This document shows, one piece after another, positions 1 to 9,364 of a stretch of 41,961 nucleotides of DNA. The position numbers and the translations under genes were made by a program. Origin of the DNA: Gekko japonicus. Taxonomy: Eukaryota. Each line of letters starts with the position of its first letter. Position 1 is the first letter of the stretch. The DNA lies in the NCBI RefSeq assembly GCF_001447785.1, contig NW_015166535.1, forward strand, positions 1 through 41,961, read 5' to 3'. Under the pieces are notes generated by a model, which saw only the letters and a program-made list of their open reading frames with translations, was not told the origin of the DNA and ran no database searches.

Positions 1-230
1 AGACCAGTGAGGGCCCATCTAGTTCAGCACCCCGTCTCACAGAGCAGCCAACTTCCCATCCTAGAAGAAGACTCTTCTGCAGGTCTTCAGGCCAAACTGA
101 AGTGATGCTGCTATCATTTTAAAGTTAGTTTTAAACTGCTGTGATGGTCTGATTGGGCTCTCAGTGTCACAGGCTGAGTCACTCTCCCCCCCCCCCCCCC
201 CTGGCTTCACAAAGGCCGAAACGGCTGCCC

Positions 231-349
231 NNNNNNNNNNNNNNNNNNNNNNNNNNNNNNNNNNNNNNNNNNNNNNNNNNNNNNNNNNNNNNNNNNNNNN
301 NNNNNNNNNNNNNNNNNNNNNNNNNNNNNNNNNNNNNNNNNNNNNNNNN
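231..349. other. assembly gap (119 N)
   Basis: Run of N characters. Confidence 0.99.
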
Positions 350-568
350 CCCCACTCCTCCACTTGCAGCTGCTGGATGACCTTGGGCAAGTGTAGCTCT
401 GATAAGAGCTGTCCTTGAAAGAGCCGTTTCTGTCAGAGCTCTCTCAGCCCCACCTACCTCACAGGGTGTCTGTTGTGGGGAGGGGAAGGGAAAGGAGTTT
501 GTAAGCTGCTCTGAGACTCCTTTGGGTAGTGAAGGGTGGGGTATAAATCCAATCTCTTCTTCTTCTTC
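350..568 (+). mobile_element. tRNA-derived SINE with L2-like tail (Squam2-like), 5' part lost in the gap
   Basis: Matches the full copy at 32318-32603 (ccccactcctccac...ctctcagccccacc...ggtataaatccaatc(tct)n). Confidence 0.8.
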
Positions 569-639
569 AATCAGGATCAAGCCCTTGTGGCATTTTTAAA
601 TGACTTTAAAATGGCAGCAGTGTCTCATGGCCTCATGTC

Positions 640-999
640 TCCTTTGGCCCTTAGAGAAGACCCTTTGAAGGGCTGGCATGTAGAAGATGGAACAGATCTA
701 TTCTCTCTTGCTCCGGATTGCAAGACTAGATCTAAGGGGTGGAAATTACAAGGGAGCCGTTACCGGCTAAACATCAGGAGAAACTTCCTAACTGTAAGAG
801 TGGCGGTTGAGCAGTGGGACAGACTGCCTCGGGAGGTGGTGGATGCTTCTTCGCTGGACCATTTTCAAGCGGAGGCTGGATGACCATCTTTCGGGTATGT
901 TGTAGGGCTCTCTTCCGGCTATGCTCCCGCAGAGTGCAGGGGGTTGGACTAGATGACCTTCAAGGTCCCTTCCAACTCTGACATTCTATGGTTCTATGA
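640..999 (+). mobile_element. CR1 LINE 3' end
   Basis: ORF2 C-terminal motif (LNIRRNFLTVR..W..LPREVV), then ggttggactagatgacc..ggtcccttccaactct and an (attctatg)n tail. Confidence 0.85.
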
Positions 1000-1257
1000 C
1001 CCAGGTGCCTAAAGCTGGGATTTCCTGGTCCTCGGGGGCTTTTAAAGTTGAGCAAGTAAACAGCCATTTCACTGCACCAGCTGCCCCACCAGCCGGGTCA
1101 CCATTCTCCTCCTCATTTTATGGATCCCAGGCCTAAAGGTTTTCTTGCCTGAGGTCGCTTCGGAAGTCCCAACCAGTGGTGGGACAGGACTTGGCCCCAA
1201 CTTCAGGGTGGGCAGCAAGATGGAAAACAAACAGCTCTCCCCTGGGGTTCCGATTTA

Positions 1258-1610
1258 CAGTGTTCCCTCTAAGCTGAGTTAGTGTGAGCTAGCTCACAGT
1301 TTTTTAGCCTCTGGCTCCCACTTAGAATCATAGAATCATAGAATGTTGGAAGGAACCTTGCAGGTCATCTAGTCCAGCCCCCTGCACTCTGTAGGAGCAT
1401 AGCTGAAAGATAGCCCTACATACCTACAACATACCCGAAAGATGGTTGTCCAGCCTCCGCTTGAAAACGTTTATGTCTTAGCTCAGGAAGGAAGGCTCCA
1501 GAGCAAACTAATTTATGCAGCAGCCAAATTGCTCGCTCACAACTTTAATGCCAGGTGCTCACAAAGTAGGATTTTTGCTCACAAGACTCCACGGCTTAGA
1601 GACAGCATTG
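1258..1610. mobile_element. hAT-type MITE (family A) with a nested CR1 tail fragment at about 1323-1465
   Basis: Ends CAGTGTTCCCTCTAAG...CTTAGAGACAGCATTG; same family as 16878, 28711, 30428 and 35733. Confidence 0.7.
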
Positions 1611-1787
1611 GTTCGGAAGGCCTTCCTTTGCTCACCAGGAGACTGTAATGGTTTGACTCCTGAAATAGCCATGGTGTTTTGCTGTGTTCTGCAAGCCCAG
1701 CGACAATAACCCCCAAGTCCCCCGTCCACCGGCACCAAGAGCCTCACATCCAGCCCTGCTCTCCCGGAGGACACGCCTTGCAAGCTC

Positions 1788-1893
1788 TATAAAGCTGACT
1801 TCATCAGCCGGGTCTTTTGCTCTCACGCCCCGTCCGTCTGCAAGGACCTCTGCTCAGCTGCTCCCGGTCAGTCGCTGCTGGACATGAGTAAGT
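1788..1893 (+). promoter_or_regulatory. putative TATA box and non-coding first exon of OR #1
   Basis: TATAAA at 1788-1793, donor GTAAGT at 1888, matching pyrimidine-rich acceptor AG at 4237-4238, O/E(EBF)-like TCCCCTGGGG at 1238-1247. Inferred from motifs only. Confidence 0.5.
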
Positions 1894-2271
1894 TGAAAGG
1901 ATCTGCCCCTAGGCAATGCTGCCAATGGAGACCGGCTTCCTAAACTGGGTTGGGTCTAGAAACAGGCTTGAATATGTGGAATAGCTGAGGAAACTACGAT
2001 TTTTTTTTAAATTATAATAATTTTTTATTGGGAACTTTACATAAACAATTAACAATATCAAGTAAGAAGATGATTCATTCCATACTTGTAGCCATAACTT
2101 TGGAACAAGCAAAGGAACATGTTGACTCACATGTCTAAACATAAGCCTTTATGACAGAAACTTAAGGATCTTGGCAAGTTTCTAGCCTTATGGCTATGGA
2201 GACGACCTTGTGCAGTGTGGAGAGCTCTGTGGTTCAATGGAAGAGTCTTTGCTTTGTATGCAGAATGTCAT

Positions 2272-3110
2272 TAGCAGAGTCTCTGCCTGGCATGCAGAAG
2301 GTCCCAGGTTCAATCCCCGGCATCTCCAGTTAAAAGGACCAGGCAGGAGGTGATGGGAAAGACCTCCGCCTGATACCCTGGAGAGCTGTAAAGAGGGGCA
2401 GTGGAGCAATGGTAGAGCCTCTGCTTGGCGTGCAGAAGGCCCCAGGTTCAATCCCCAGCATCTCCAGTTAAAAGGACCAGGCAGGAGGTGATGGGAAAGC
2501 CCTCCACCTGAGACCCTGTTGAGCTGTAAAGAGGGGCTGTGGCTCAGTGACAGAGCCTCTGCTTGGCATGCAGAAGGTCCCAGGTTCAATCCCCGGCATC
2601 TCCAGTTAAAAGGACCAGGCAGGAGGTGATGGGAAAGCCCTCCACCTGAGACCCTGTTGAGCTGTAAAGAGGGGCTGTGGCTCAGTGACAGAGCCTCTGC
2701 TTGGCATGCAGAAGGTCCCAGGTTCAATCCCCGGCATCTCCAGTTAAAAGGACCAGGCAGGAGGTGATGGGAAAGCCCTCCACCTGAGACCCTGTTGAGC
2801 TGTAAAGAGGGGCTGTGGCTCAGTGACAGAGCCTCTGCTTGGCATGCAGAAGGTCCCAGGTTCAATCCCCGGCATCTCCAGTTAAAAGGACCAGGCAGGA
2901 GGTGATGGGAAAGCCCTCCACCTGAGACCCTGTTGAGCTGTAAAGAGGGGCTGTGGCTCAGTGACAGAGCCTCTGCTTGGCATGCAGAAGGTCCCAGGTT
3001 CAATCCCCGGCATCTCCAGTTAAAAGGACCAGGCAGGAGGTGATGGGAAAGACCTCCGCCTGAGACCCAGGTGAGCTGCTGCCAGCCTGACTCTGTAAAA
3101 GGCAGCTTCA
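2272..3110 (+). repeat. tandem array of a 138-bp tRNA-Ala-derived SINE head (Squam3-like SINE-derived satellite), about 6 units
   Basis: Units start at 2393, 2531, 2669, 2807 and 2945 (exact 138-bp period) plus a partial unit from about 2272; each has A-box TGGCTCAGTG-like and B-box GGTTCAATCC motifs; homologous to the single SINE at 18459. Confidence 0.9.
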
Positions 3111-3254
3111 TAGCATTATAGAATAGAATCCTAGACTCATAGAGTTGGAAGGAACCTCCAGGGTAATCTATTCCAACCCCCTGCATGTCTGTGTCAATGT
3201 CCACGTCTACTGAAAAGCCTTTCAACAGGGCCGGGGCATGAGTGGATTATGCCC

Positions 3255-3925
3255 ACCCAAGTGGGGCTCCTGATGGCACCTGATATTTTTGGCCACTGTG
3301 TGACAGAGTATTGGACTGGATGGGCCATTGGTCTGAGCCACAAGGTATAGATAGGGACTCTGGGGCAAATGATGCTCTGTCTTCTTGGTGCTTGGGGGGG
3401 GTCAACAGTGGGAGGGCTTCTAGTGTCCTGGCCCCACTGGTGGACCTCCTGATGGCACCTGGTATTTTTGGCCACTGTGTAACAGACAGAGTGTTGGACT
3501 GGATGGGCCTTTGGCCTGATCCAACACTGGCTTCTCTTATGTTCCTATTTCTGGGGAAAGGGATGGGGGTGGGGGGTAACAGTGGGGGGGCTTCTAATGT
3601 CCTGGCCCCACTGGTGGACCTCCTGATGGCACCTGGTATTTTTGGCCACTGTGTGACAGAGTGTTGGACTGGATGGGCCATTGGTCTGAGCCACAAGGTA
3701 TAGATAGGGACTCTGGGGCAAGTGATGCTCTGACGTCTTGGTGCTTGGGGGGGGGGTCAACAGTGGGAGGGCTTCTAATGTCCTGGCCCCACTGCTGGAC
3801 CTCCTGAGGGCACCTGGTATTTCTGGCCACTGTGTGACGCAGAGTGTTGGACTGGATGGGCCTTTGGCCTGATCCAACATTGGTGTCTCTTATGTTCTTA
3901 TCCAACATTGGCTTCTCTTATGTTC
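3255..3925 (+). repeat. tandemly repeated CR1 3'UTR/tail segments
   Basis: Repeated ctcctgatggcacctgg...gtgttggactggatgggcc...cttatgtt, matching the tail of the CR1 at 27096-27878. Confidence 0.75.
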
Positions 3926-4272
3926 TCTTCTGTTCTAAAAGGGGGGGCTGGAGCGATTTAACCCCCGTCCCAGATTACCAGCCCATGTTGCTGTTCCTCC
4001 ATGTGGGGTCCAGCAATCCTAAATCATCTTTGGGGGGGGGCAGTCAGAAAGGGCTTCAGAACTGGAGACAAAAAACCCCCTTTGCATTCGTGCATCGATG
4101 GTTGAAGACAAACCAGAGTCTTCTTATAAAGACGAAGGTCGTTAAACAGTCCCATAAAACACAAGCCATAAATGTCAGCCAGGGACAGATTAATGCCTGC
4201 AGTGATTATCGGTGGCCTTTCCTCCCCTCCCCCCCCAGGATCCCAAAACAGAAGAGCCTGTTGGGAAACAAG

Positions 4273-5232
4273 ATGAGCCTCCTGCCTTCGGGAAACACGA
4301 GTTTCAACCCCACGACCTTCCTCCTGACGGGCTTCCCGGGCCTGGAATACGCCCACCGCTGGATTTCCCTCCCCTTCTGCTTCGTCTACGCGACAGTCTT
4401 GCTCGGGAATGGCACGATCCTCCACGTCATCAGGATGGATGCGAGCCTGCACGCGCCCATGTACTATTTCCTCGCCATGCTGGCCCTGACGGACCTGGGC
4501 TTGTGCCTCAGCACCCTGCCGACCGTGCTGGGCATATATTGGTTCGATTCCCGCGAGATCCACTCCGACGCTTGCTTCGCCCAGCTGTTTTTCATCCACT
4601 CCCTCTCCCTGGTGGAATCCTCCGTGCTCCTCTCCATGGCTTTTGACCGCTTCGTGGCCATCTGCCACCCGCTGAGGTACGGCTCCATCCTGACCACGCA
4701 GAGGATCTTGAGGATGGCGCTGGCCTCCATCTCCCGGAGCTTTGTGCTGATCTTCCCCCTGCCTTTCCTCCTCCGCCGGTTCCGCTACTGCAGGACAAAC
4801 GTCCTCTCCCACGCCTACTGCTTGCACCTCGAGATCATGAAACTGGCCTGTTCGGATATCGTCGTCAACCACATTTACGGGCTCACGGTTGTCGCCTTCA
4901 CGGTGGGAACAGACTCTCTCCTCATCCTCGTCTCTTACGTTTTCATCCTGAAGACGGTTCTGGGTATCGCCTCCAAGGAGGGGCGCCTGAAGGCCTTCAA
5001 CACCTGCATCTCCCACATCTGTGCCGTTCTCTTGTTCTACATCCCCATGATAGGCCTGTCTCTGATCCACCGCTTTGGGGAACGGGCCCCTCACATGGTC
5101 CACATACTCATGTCCTACGTCTACTTGCTGGCACCGCCTCTGATGAACCCCATTGTGTACAGCATCAAGACGAAGCAGATCCGGCAACGCATACACAAGA
5201 GGCTGTGCCCCAAGAAGACATTCCAGTTGTAG
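4273..5232 (+). CDS. class I olfactory receptor, OR51-like (319 aa, intact)
   Basis: N-glycosylation site NTS; motifs LHAPMYYFL, MAFDRFVAICHPLRY, SHAYCLH, KAFNTCISH, IHRFG, PPLMNPIVYSIKTKQIR. ATG 4273 follows a splice acceptor; the 462-aa ORF-track extension is repeat or intron sequence. Confidence 0.96.
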   Translation: MSLLPSGNTSFNPTTFLLTGFPGLEYAHRWISLPFCFVYATVLLGNGTILHVIRMDASLHAPMYYFLAMLALTDLGLCLSTLPTVLGIYWFDSREIHSDACFAQLFFIHSLSLVESSVLLSMAFDRFVAICHPLRYGSILTTQRILRMALASISRSFVLIFPLPFLLRRFRYCRTNVLSHAYCLHLEIMKLACSDIVVNHIYGLTVVAFTVGTDSLLILVSYVFILKTVLGIASKEGRLKAFNTCISHICAVLLFYIPMIGLSLIHRFGERAPHMVHILMSYVYLLAPPLMNPIVYSIKTKQIRQRIHKRLCPKKTFQL

Positions 5233-5299
5233 GAGTTGCTGAATTGCAGCTGGTAATGAGGCTCAAGACCGCTTGTCCACCTGGACTGAATCGAGACCT

Positions 5300-6062
5300 A
5301 GGCTTCCTGTCTCGTTACCAACGCCGATTCCTCCACACCTATAACCCCTCTGCATATCTCACCTAAATCCAATCATGCCTGCTATTGTCATTTAACTACT
5401 ATTGTCATTTGCTGCTAATGTCATTCGGCATCTGAAATCACTCCACTTTCCAATAAATAGACAGGCTCCCATTCTAGCTGTATCTGAAGAAGTGAGCAGT
5501 GACTCATGAAAGCTCCTCTCCTGTCATAGATTTTATTAGTCCTTGAGACGCAACTGGACTCTTGCTCTTTTCTACTGCCACAGACAGACTAACACGGCTC
5601 CCCATCTTGATCCATCTCCATGGAAGGCACCACATTTAGCCGTACAGGATGGGAATCCATCAGCCTTGTGATAGGAGGACAGGTGGACTCCCATTCTAGC
5701 TGTATCTGAGGAAGTGAGCTATAGCTCATGAAAGCTCCTCCCCTCCACCAATTTTGGTTAGTCTTGAAGTTGCTCCTGGGCTCTTGCTCTTTTCCGCTGC
5801 TACAGACAGACTTAATAACACGCCTCCCCATGTTGATCTGTCTCCATGGAAGGCAACACATTTAGCCATACAGAATGGAGACCCATCAGCCTTGTGATAT
5901 AAGGACAGGTGGATTCACACTCTAGCGGTATCTGAGGAAGTGACTGCAGTGACTCCCGAAAGCTCCTCCCCTGCCCCAAATGTTGTGAGTCTTGAAGGTG
6001 CTCCTGGACTTTTGCTCTTTTCTCCTGCTACCGACAGACCGACATGGCCACCCATCTTGATC
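5300..6062 (+). mobile_element. Penelope-like element terminal repeats, three tandem units of about 222-226 bp
   Basis: Repeated tctagctgtatctgaagaagtgag...gaaagctc...ttagtc..aggtgc.actggactcttgctcttttct...acagacagac..acacggc..cccatcttgatc. Confidence 0.75.
5478..5970 (+). ncRNA. three minimal type I hammerhead ribozyme cores (stem I appears degenerate)
   Basis: CTGANGA at 5484, 5706 and 5932, each followed by a stem II hairpin (GTGAG/CTCAT in copies 1-2) and GAAAGCTC. Confidence 0.55.
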
Positions 6063-6071
6063 AGTCATACG

Positions 6072-6463
6072 CAAGGCTCTTTTTGTAGAAAAAGCCCAGC
6101 AGGAACTCATTAGCATAATAGACCACACCCAACAGCAGAAACTCATTAGCATATTAGGCCACACCCATGGCAATACAGCTCATTCGTCTATTAGGCCACA
6201 CACACCATGTTACCAGAAGTGTGGTCTTCCAGCCACACTCACCTTTTGCCTCTTACTCTGTTTACCTTGTTTGTTGTCAAAACCCAGTGCCTTTTTTTGT
6301 AGCAGGAACTCCTTTGCATGTTAGACCACACACCCCTAATGTAGCCAATCCTAATGAGTTCCTGCTGTTGGGTGTGGCCTATTATGCTAATGAGTTCCTG
6401 CTGGGCGTGGCCAACTCGGGAGCCAGCCAGAACTCCGTTCCTGTGCGTTCCTGCCCAAAAATA
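6072..6463. mobile_element. hAT-type MITE (family B, rich in CTCATTAGCATA repeats)
   Basis: Near-identical to 40622-41008; flanked by GTCATACG and CTCATACG (8-bp TSD-like). Confidence 0.7.
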
Positions 6464-6839
6464 ACTCATACGGCTTTCCCACCCATGTTATTTCCTCCCT
6501 ATGGCTAACCTCTTAGGTAACCCATACAGATGGGAAGGAGGGTGTGAGTTTAATGTGCAGTTCATTCGTCTTCTAATGAATAAACCCGGAGTTTGACCCG
6601 CGCGTTTTGTCTGGTGTCTTCATTTTTTTCGTATGGGGGCCACCATCGCACAATATTTAAAGGACAAATGACCGACTCCTTGACGTTTGTAGCCTGTCAC
6701 ATCGGAACAGTCCCTCCCCCAAGGTCAGTGATTCTTCTTTTGGAGGAAGGCTCTCCTGGAGGATGGCTGGCCCCACTGCTGGGACTTAAGGTCCCTCCAC
6801 CCACTGGGGCTTTTACTGCTTTGGGCCGCCTCCCTCCCT

Positions 6840-6990
6840 CCCTCCCTGAAGGGGAAACACAGCAGGGTTTGAGCTAAAGCTCAAATGCCATAAAACAGCA
6901 CTGGCCTTACAACGGCTCAGGCAGAGTCGCCCTTTGTCACCCAGGGAAAGCAAGGCCGGTTTACAATCTGCACTGCAAAGTCAGGTAAGT
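6840..6990 (+). promoter_or_regulatory. putative promoter and non-coding first exon of OR #2
   Basis: CATAAAA near 6889, O/E-like CCCAGGGA near 6940, strong donor CAG|GTAAGT at 6985, acceptor AG at 11324-11325 before the OR #2 ATG; paralogous sequence at 23556-23704. Confidence 0.5.
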
Positions 6991-6994
6991 GCAA

Positions 6995-7248
6995 GGGTGA
7001 AAAGTACTGAGACTTATTAGTGATTTCAGCTCTCATACTTGTATTTCAGGAAAGAGCAAGAGGACTTTCCCAGCTCGCAGGCCCCCTTATATGTGCAATA
7101 TGCCCTAAACCCAAACACCCCCCCACACCAGTGATAGGCTATTTACAGTGGCCAAGAGTTTCATGGGCTCTTGGCAGGAGCCTAGCCCTCTGACTGGCAC
7201 GGGCTAGGATCCGCTCGGGTCATTGTCCCTGGGAGCGAAGCTCAGGAG
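6995..7248 (-). mobile_element. degenerate LTR, same family as 35983-36343
   Basis: Alignable blocks gtgatttcagc, gctcgcaggcc..cttatat, ataggctatttacag.ggcc.agag, cctagccc, gggcta.gatc. Confidence 0.55.
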
Positions 7249-7786
7249 TTGGGATGTGCATTCGGTCCATCTGAACCGAATGCACCCCCAAAAATAACCC
7301 ATTTGGACCCCTTTCGAGCTGCTGCAGGCTGATTTAGATGCTCTGATCTGAATTGGCTTGCCGCCGAATTGCCGCCGAATTCCGACCCCATTATATCTTA
7401 TGGGCCATTGAAGTAACTTTTTTTCCCAACATAGAGAACAATGGAGGGGATAGGGGCAACCTTTTGAGGGCCCATAGAATGAGACCCCCTGGTCCAATGC
7501 TCTTGAAACATGGTTGGTATCTTGGGGAGAGGCTCCAGCAGCTACCCTGCAAGTTTGGAGTCTCTCCCTCAAGCCCCCAGAATATACCCTATGTTTTCGC
7601 CGTTGACTTCAATGGCCCATAGGATATAATGGGGCTGAAATTGACATTCGGCTGGCAGAAAGACTCCAGAATGGGCTCCTACTGACGAAACTGACATGCC
7701 GGAGTCTTACCGCCAGCCGGAATTGATTCTGCCCGATTCTGCCCAATCCGAATGGGCTGAATCTATTTATTTTTTGCACACCCCTA
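7249..7786. mobile_element. non-autonomous DNA transposon (hAT-like)
   Basis: Ends TTGGGATGTGCA / TGCACACCCCTA; flanks CTCAGGAG / CTC-GGAG (degenerate 8-bp TSD). Confidence 0.7.
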
Positions 7787-8203
7787 CTCGGAGGTTTTGC
7801 ATGACCGCGTGGAGACTAGCCTCACACGCGGTCAGAGATGAATACATTAAACCGGGGGTCTTCATGACATCAAGAAGACAAAATGCTCGGTTTGTGGGCT
7901 TGCGTCAGGACAGGAACATGGAAGGTTCTGAATTACACAGAAGCCTGCAGCGGTCGGAATGCCAAGATAAGGAAAGAGCAGGCTTTTTTTTTTTTGTGAA
8001 ATGTTCTTGTTCTCCCCACATCCATTCCAGGAATGTTTCCACTCCAGCAACACTTTCCTTGATGGAGCAGGATGTAAATATCTTAAATAAATAAACGGTG
8101 CTGCCCTTCAAGGAAACTGTGCTTGTTAACAGTTCTACCTCCTTAGATCTCTTTCCTGTGCAAATCCAGCCCTGGAGCACTAAGTTAATCCCTTCTTTTT
8201 TTT

Positions 8204-8707
8204 GGCGGAATCTGCATTTGTCTTTCCCACTGGGTGTCCCAGCCTTTTGACTCCTTCTTTAAAAAAGCTGTCCACATTTGGTGTCGTTTTCACACCTCAA
8301 GAGTGATAGCATACTTTCGTCCACTTATGTTTATCGTCCTTTGGGGCAGCTCCACTGTCATTGCACCTCCACACTGCTTTAAAAGAATCTTCTCCAAACA
8401 ACATTCAAACAAGCATAGAGAAAGGCGGCGTCACAGCAGCATGAAATTAATTTAAAAATGCAAATGCCGATACCATCACTGTCTTTCTCTATGCTTGTTT
8501 GGATGTTGTTTGGAGAAGATTCTTTTAAAGCAGTGGGGAAGTGCAATGACAGTGGAGCCACCATGAAAGGGCACTAAACACACGCAGACGTGCAAAAGTA
8601 TGCTAGCACTGTTGAGGTGTGAAAACAACACCAAATGTAGGTGGCTTTTTTGAAGATGGAGTCAAAAGGCTGGGACACCGGTGGGAAAGACAAATGCAGA
8701 TTCAGCC
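8204..8707. mobile_element. fold-back (palindromic) MITE, PIF/Harbinger-like termini
   Basis: The left arm (GGCGGAATCTGCATTTGTCTTTCCCAC...) is the imperfect reverse complement of the right arm (...GTGGGAAAGACAAATGCAGATTCAGCC) over about 220 bp. Confidence 0.85.
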
Positions 8708-8746
8708 AGAGGGGAGATTGAATCATTTTAGCTACACTGCCACAAC

Positions 8747-9065
8747 TGGCGGACCTACATTTTTGGGACCCTGAAGCTTGAACTGTAATGGGAGCCCCTT
8801 CTTAACCAGCAACAATAGGGCAACATCCAACAAGGATATGAAATGGGTATTAGAGCATATTCTAAGCTAAATATTAAGTACTTCAGCCCTTTGGCTTATG
8901 ATTCTGTCACTAAAATAGCCTTATTTTAATAACAAATACTTTAAAACACTCCATCAGTTTTGTTGAAAAATGCACTCATTTAAAAAAAAAAATGCTTCAG
9001 CGCCCCTTCAGGATTAGGCACCTTGAAGATTAAGCTTCATTAGTTTCACAGTAGATCCGCCCCTG
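8747..9065. mobile_element. hAT-type non-autonomous element
   Basis: Ends GGCGGACCTAC / GTAGATCCGCC; perfect 8-bp TSD GCCACAAC at 8739-8746 and 9066-9073. Confidence 0.8.
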
Positions 9066-9214
9066 GCCACAACCAGTCGTTTTGCAGTGTGGCACTGATA
9101 CCTCAGATGCTGATACCAGTGAGTGCCAAAACAAAAATTGTCCTGGCCACAGCACTTGGAGTTAAATAAGCTACAAAAAGCAGCTCAGTTTGTGATTTTT
9201 AAGAAGAAGAAGAA

Positions 9215-9364
9215 AGTGGTGGAGGCTCCTTCACTGGACGTTTTCAAGTGGAGGTTGGATGACCATCTCTCGAGTATGTTGTAGGTATGTAGGGCTATCT
9301 TTCACCTATGCTCCTGCAGAGTGCAGGGGGTTGGACTAGATGACCTGCAAGGTCCCTTCCAACA
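9215..9364 (+). mobile_element. CR1 3' end fragment (target of Helitron copy 1)
   Basis: ggttggactagatgacc...ggtcccttccaaca; the tail continues as ttcta after 10665. Confidence 0.75.

Noticed and set aside
2393-3082. CRISPR array or genuine tRNA-Ala gene cluster
   Set aside because: No unique spacers and the context is eukaryotic. The tRNA-like heads have acceptor and T-stem mismatches, mostly lack the D-loop GG, have no Pol III terminator, and continue into SINE body.
2194-3225. 343-aa minus-strand ORF with 46-aa repeats
   Set aside because: Translation of the 138-bp SINE array (138 = 46 x 3); no evidence of a protein gene.
3844-4272. 143-aa N-terminal extension of OR #1
   Set aside because: Non-ATG start inside a CR1 tail; a splice acceptor at 4238 and normal OR length favour ATG 4273. 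The same reasoning applies to the extensions at 11170 and 17248.
4024-5196. 390-aa antisense ORF over OR #1 (and 272-aa ORF over OR #3)
   Set aside because: Expected by-product of high GC3 codon usage on the sense strand.
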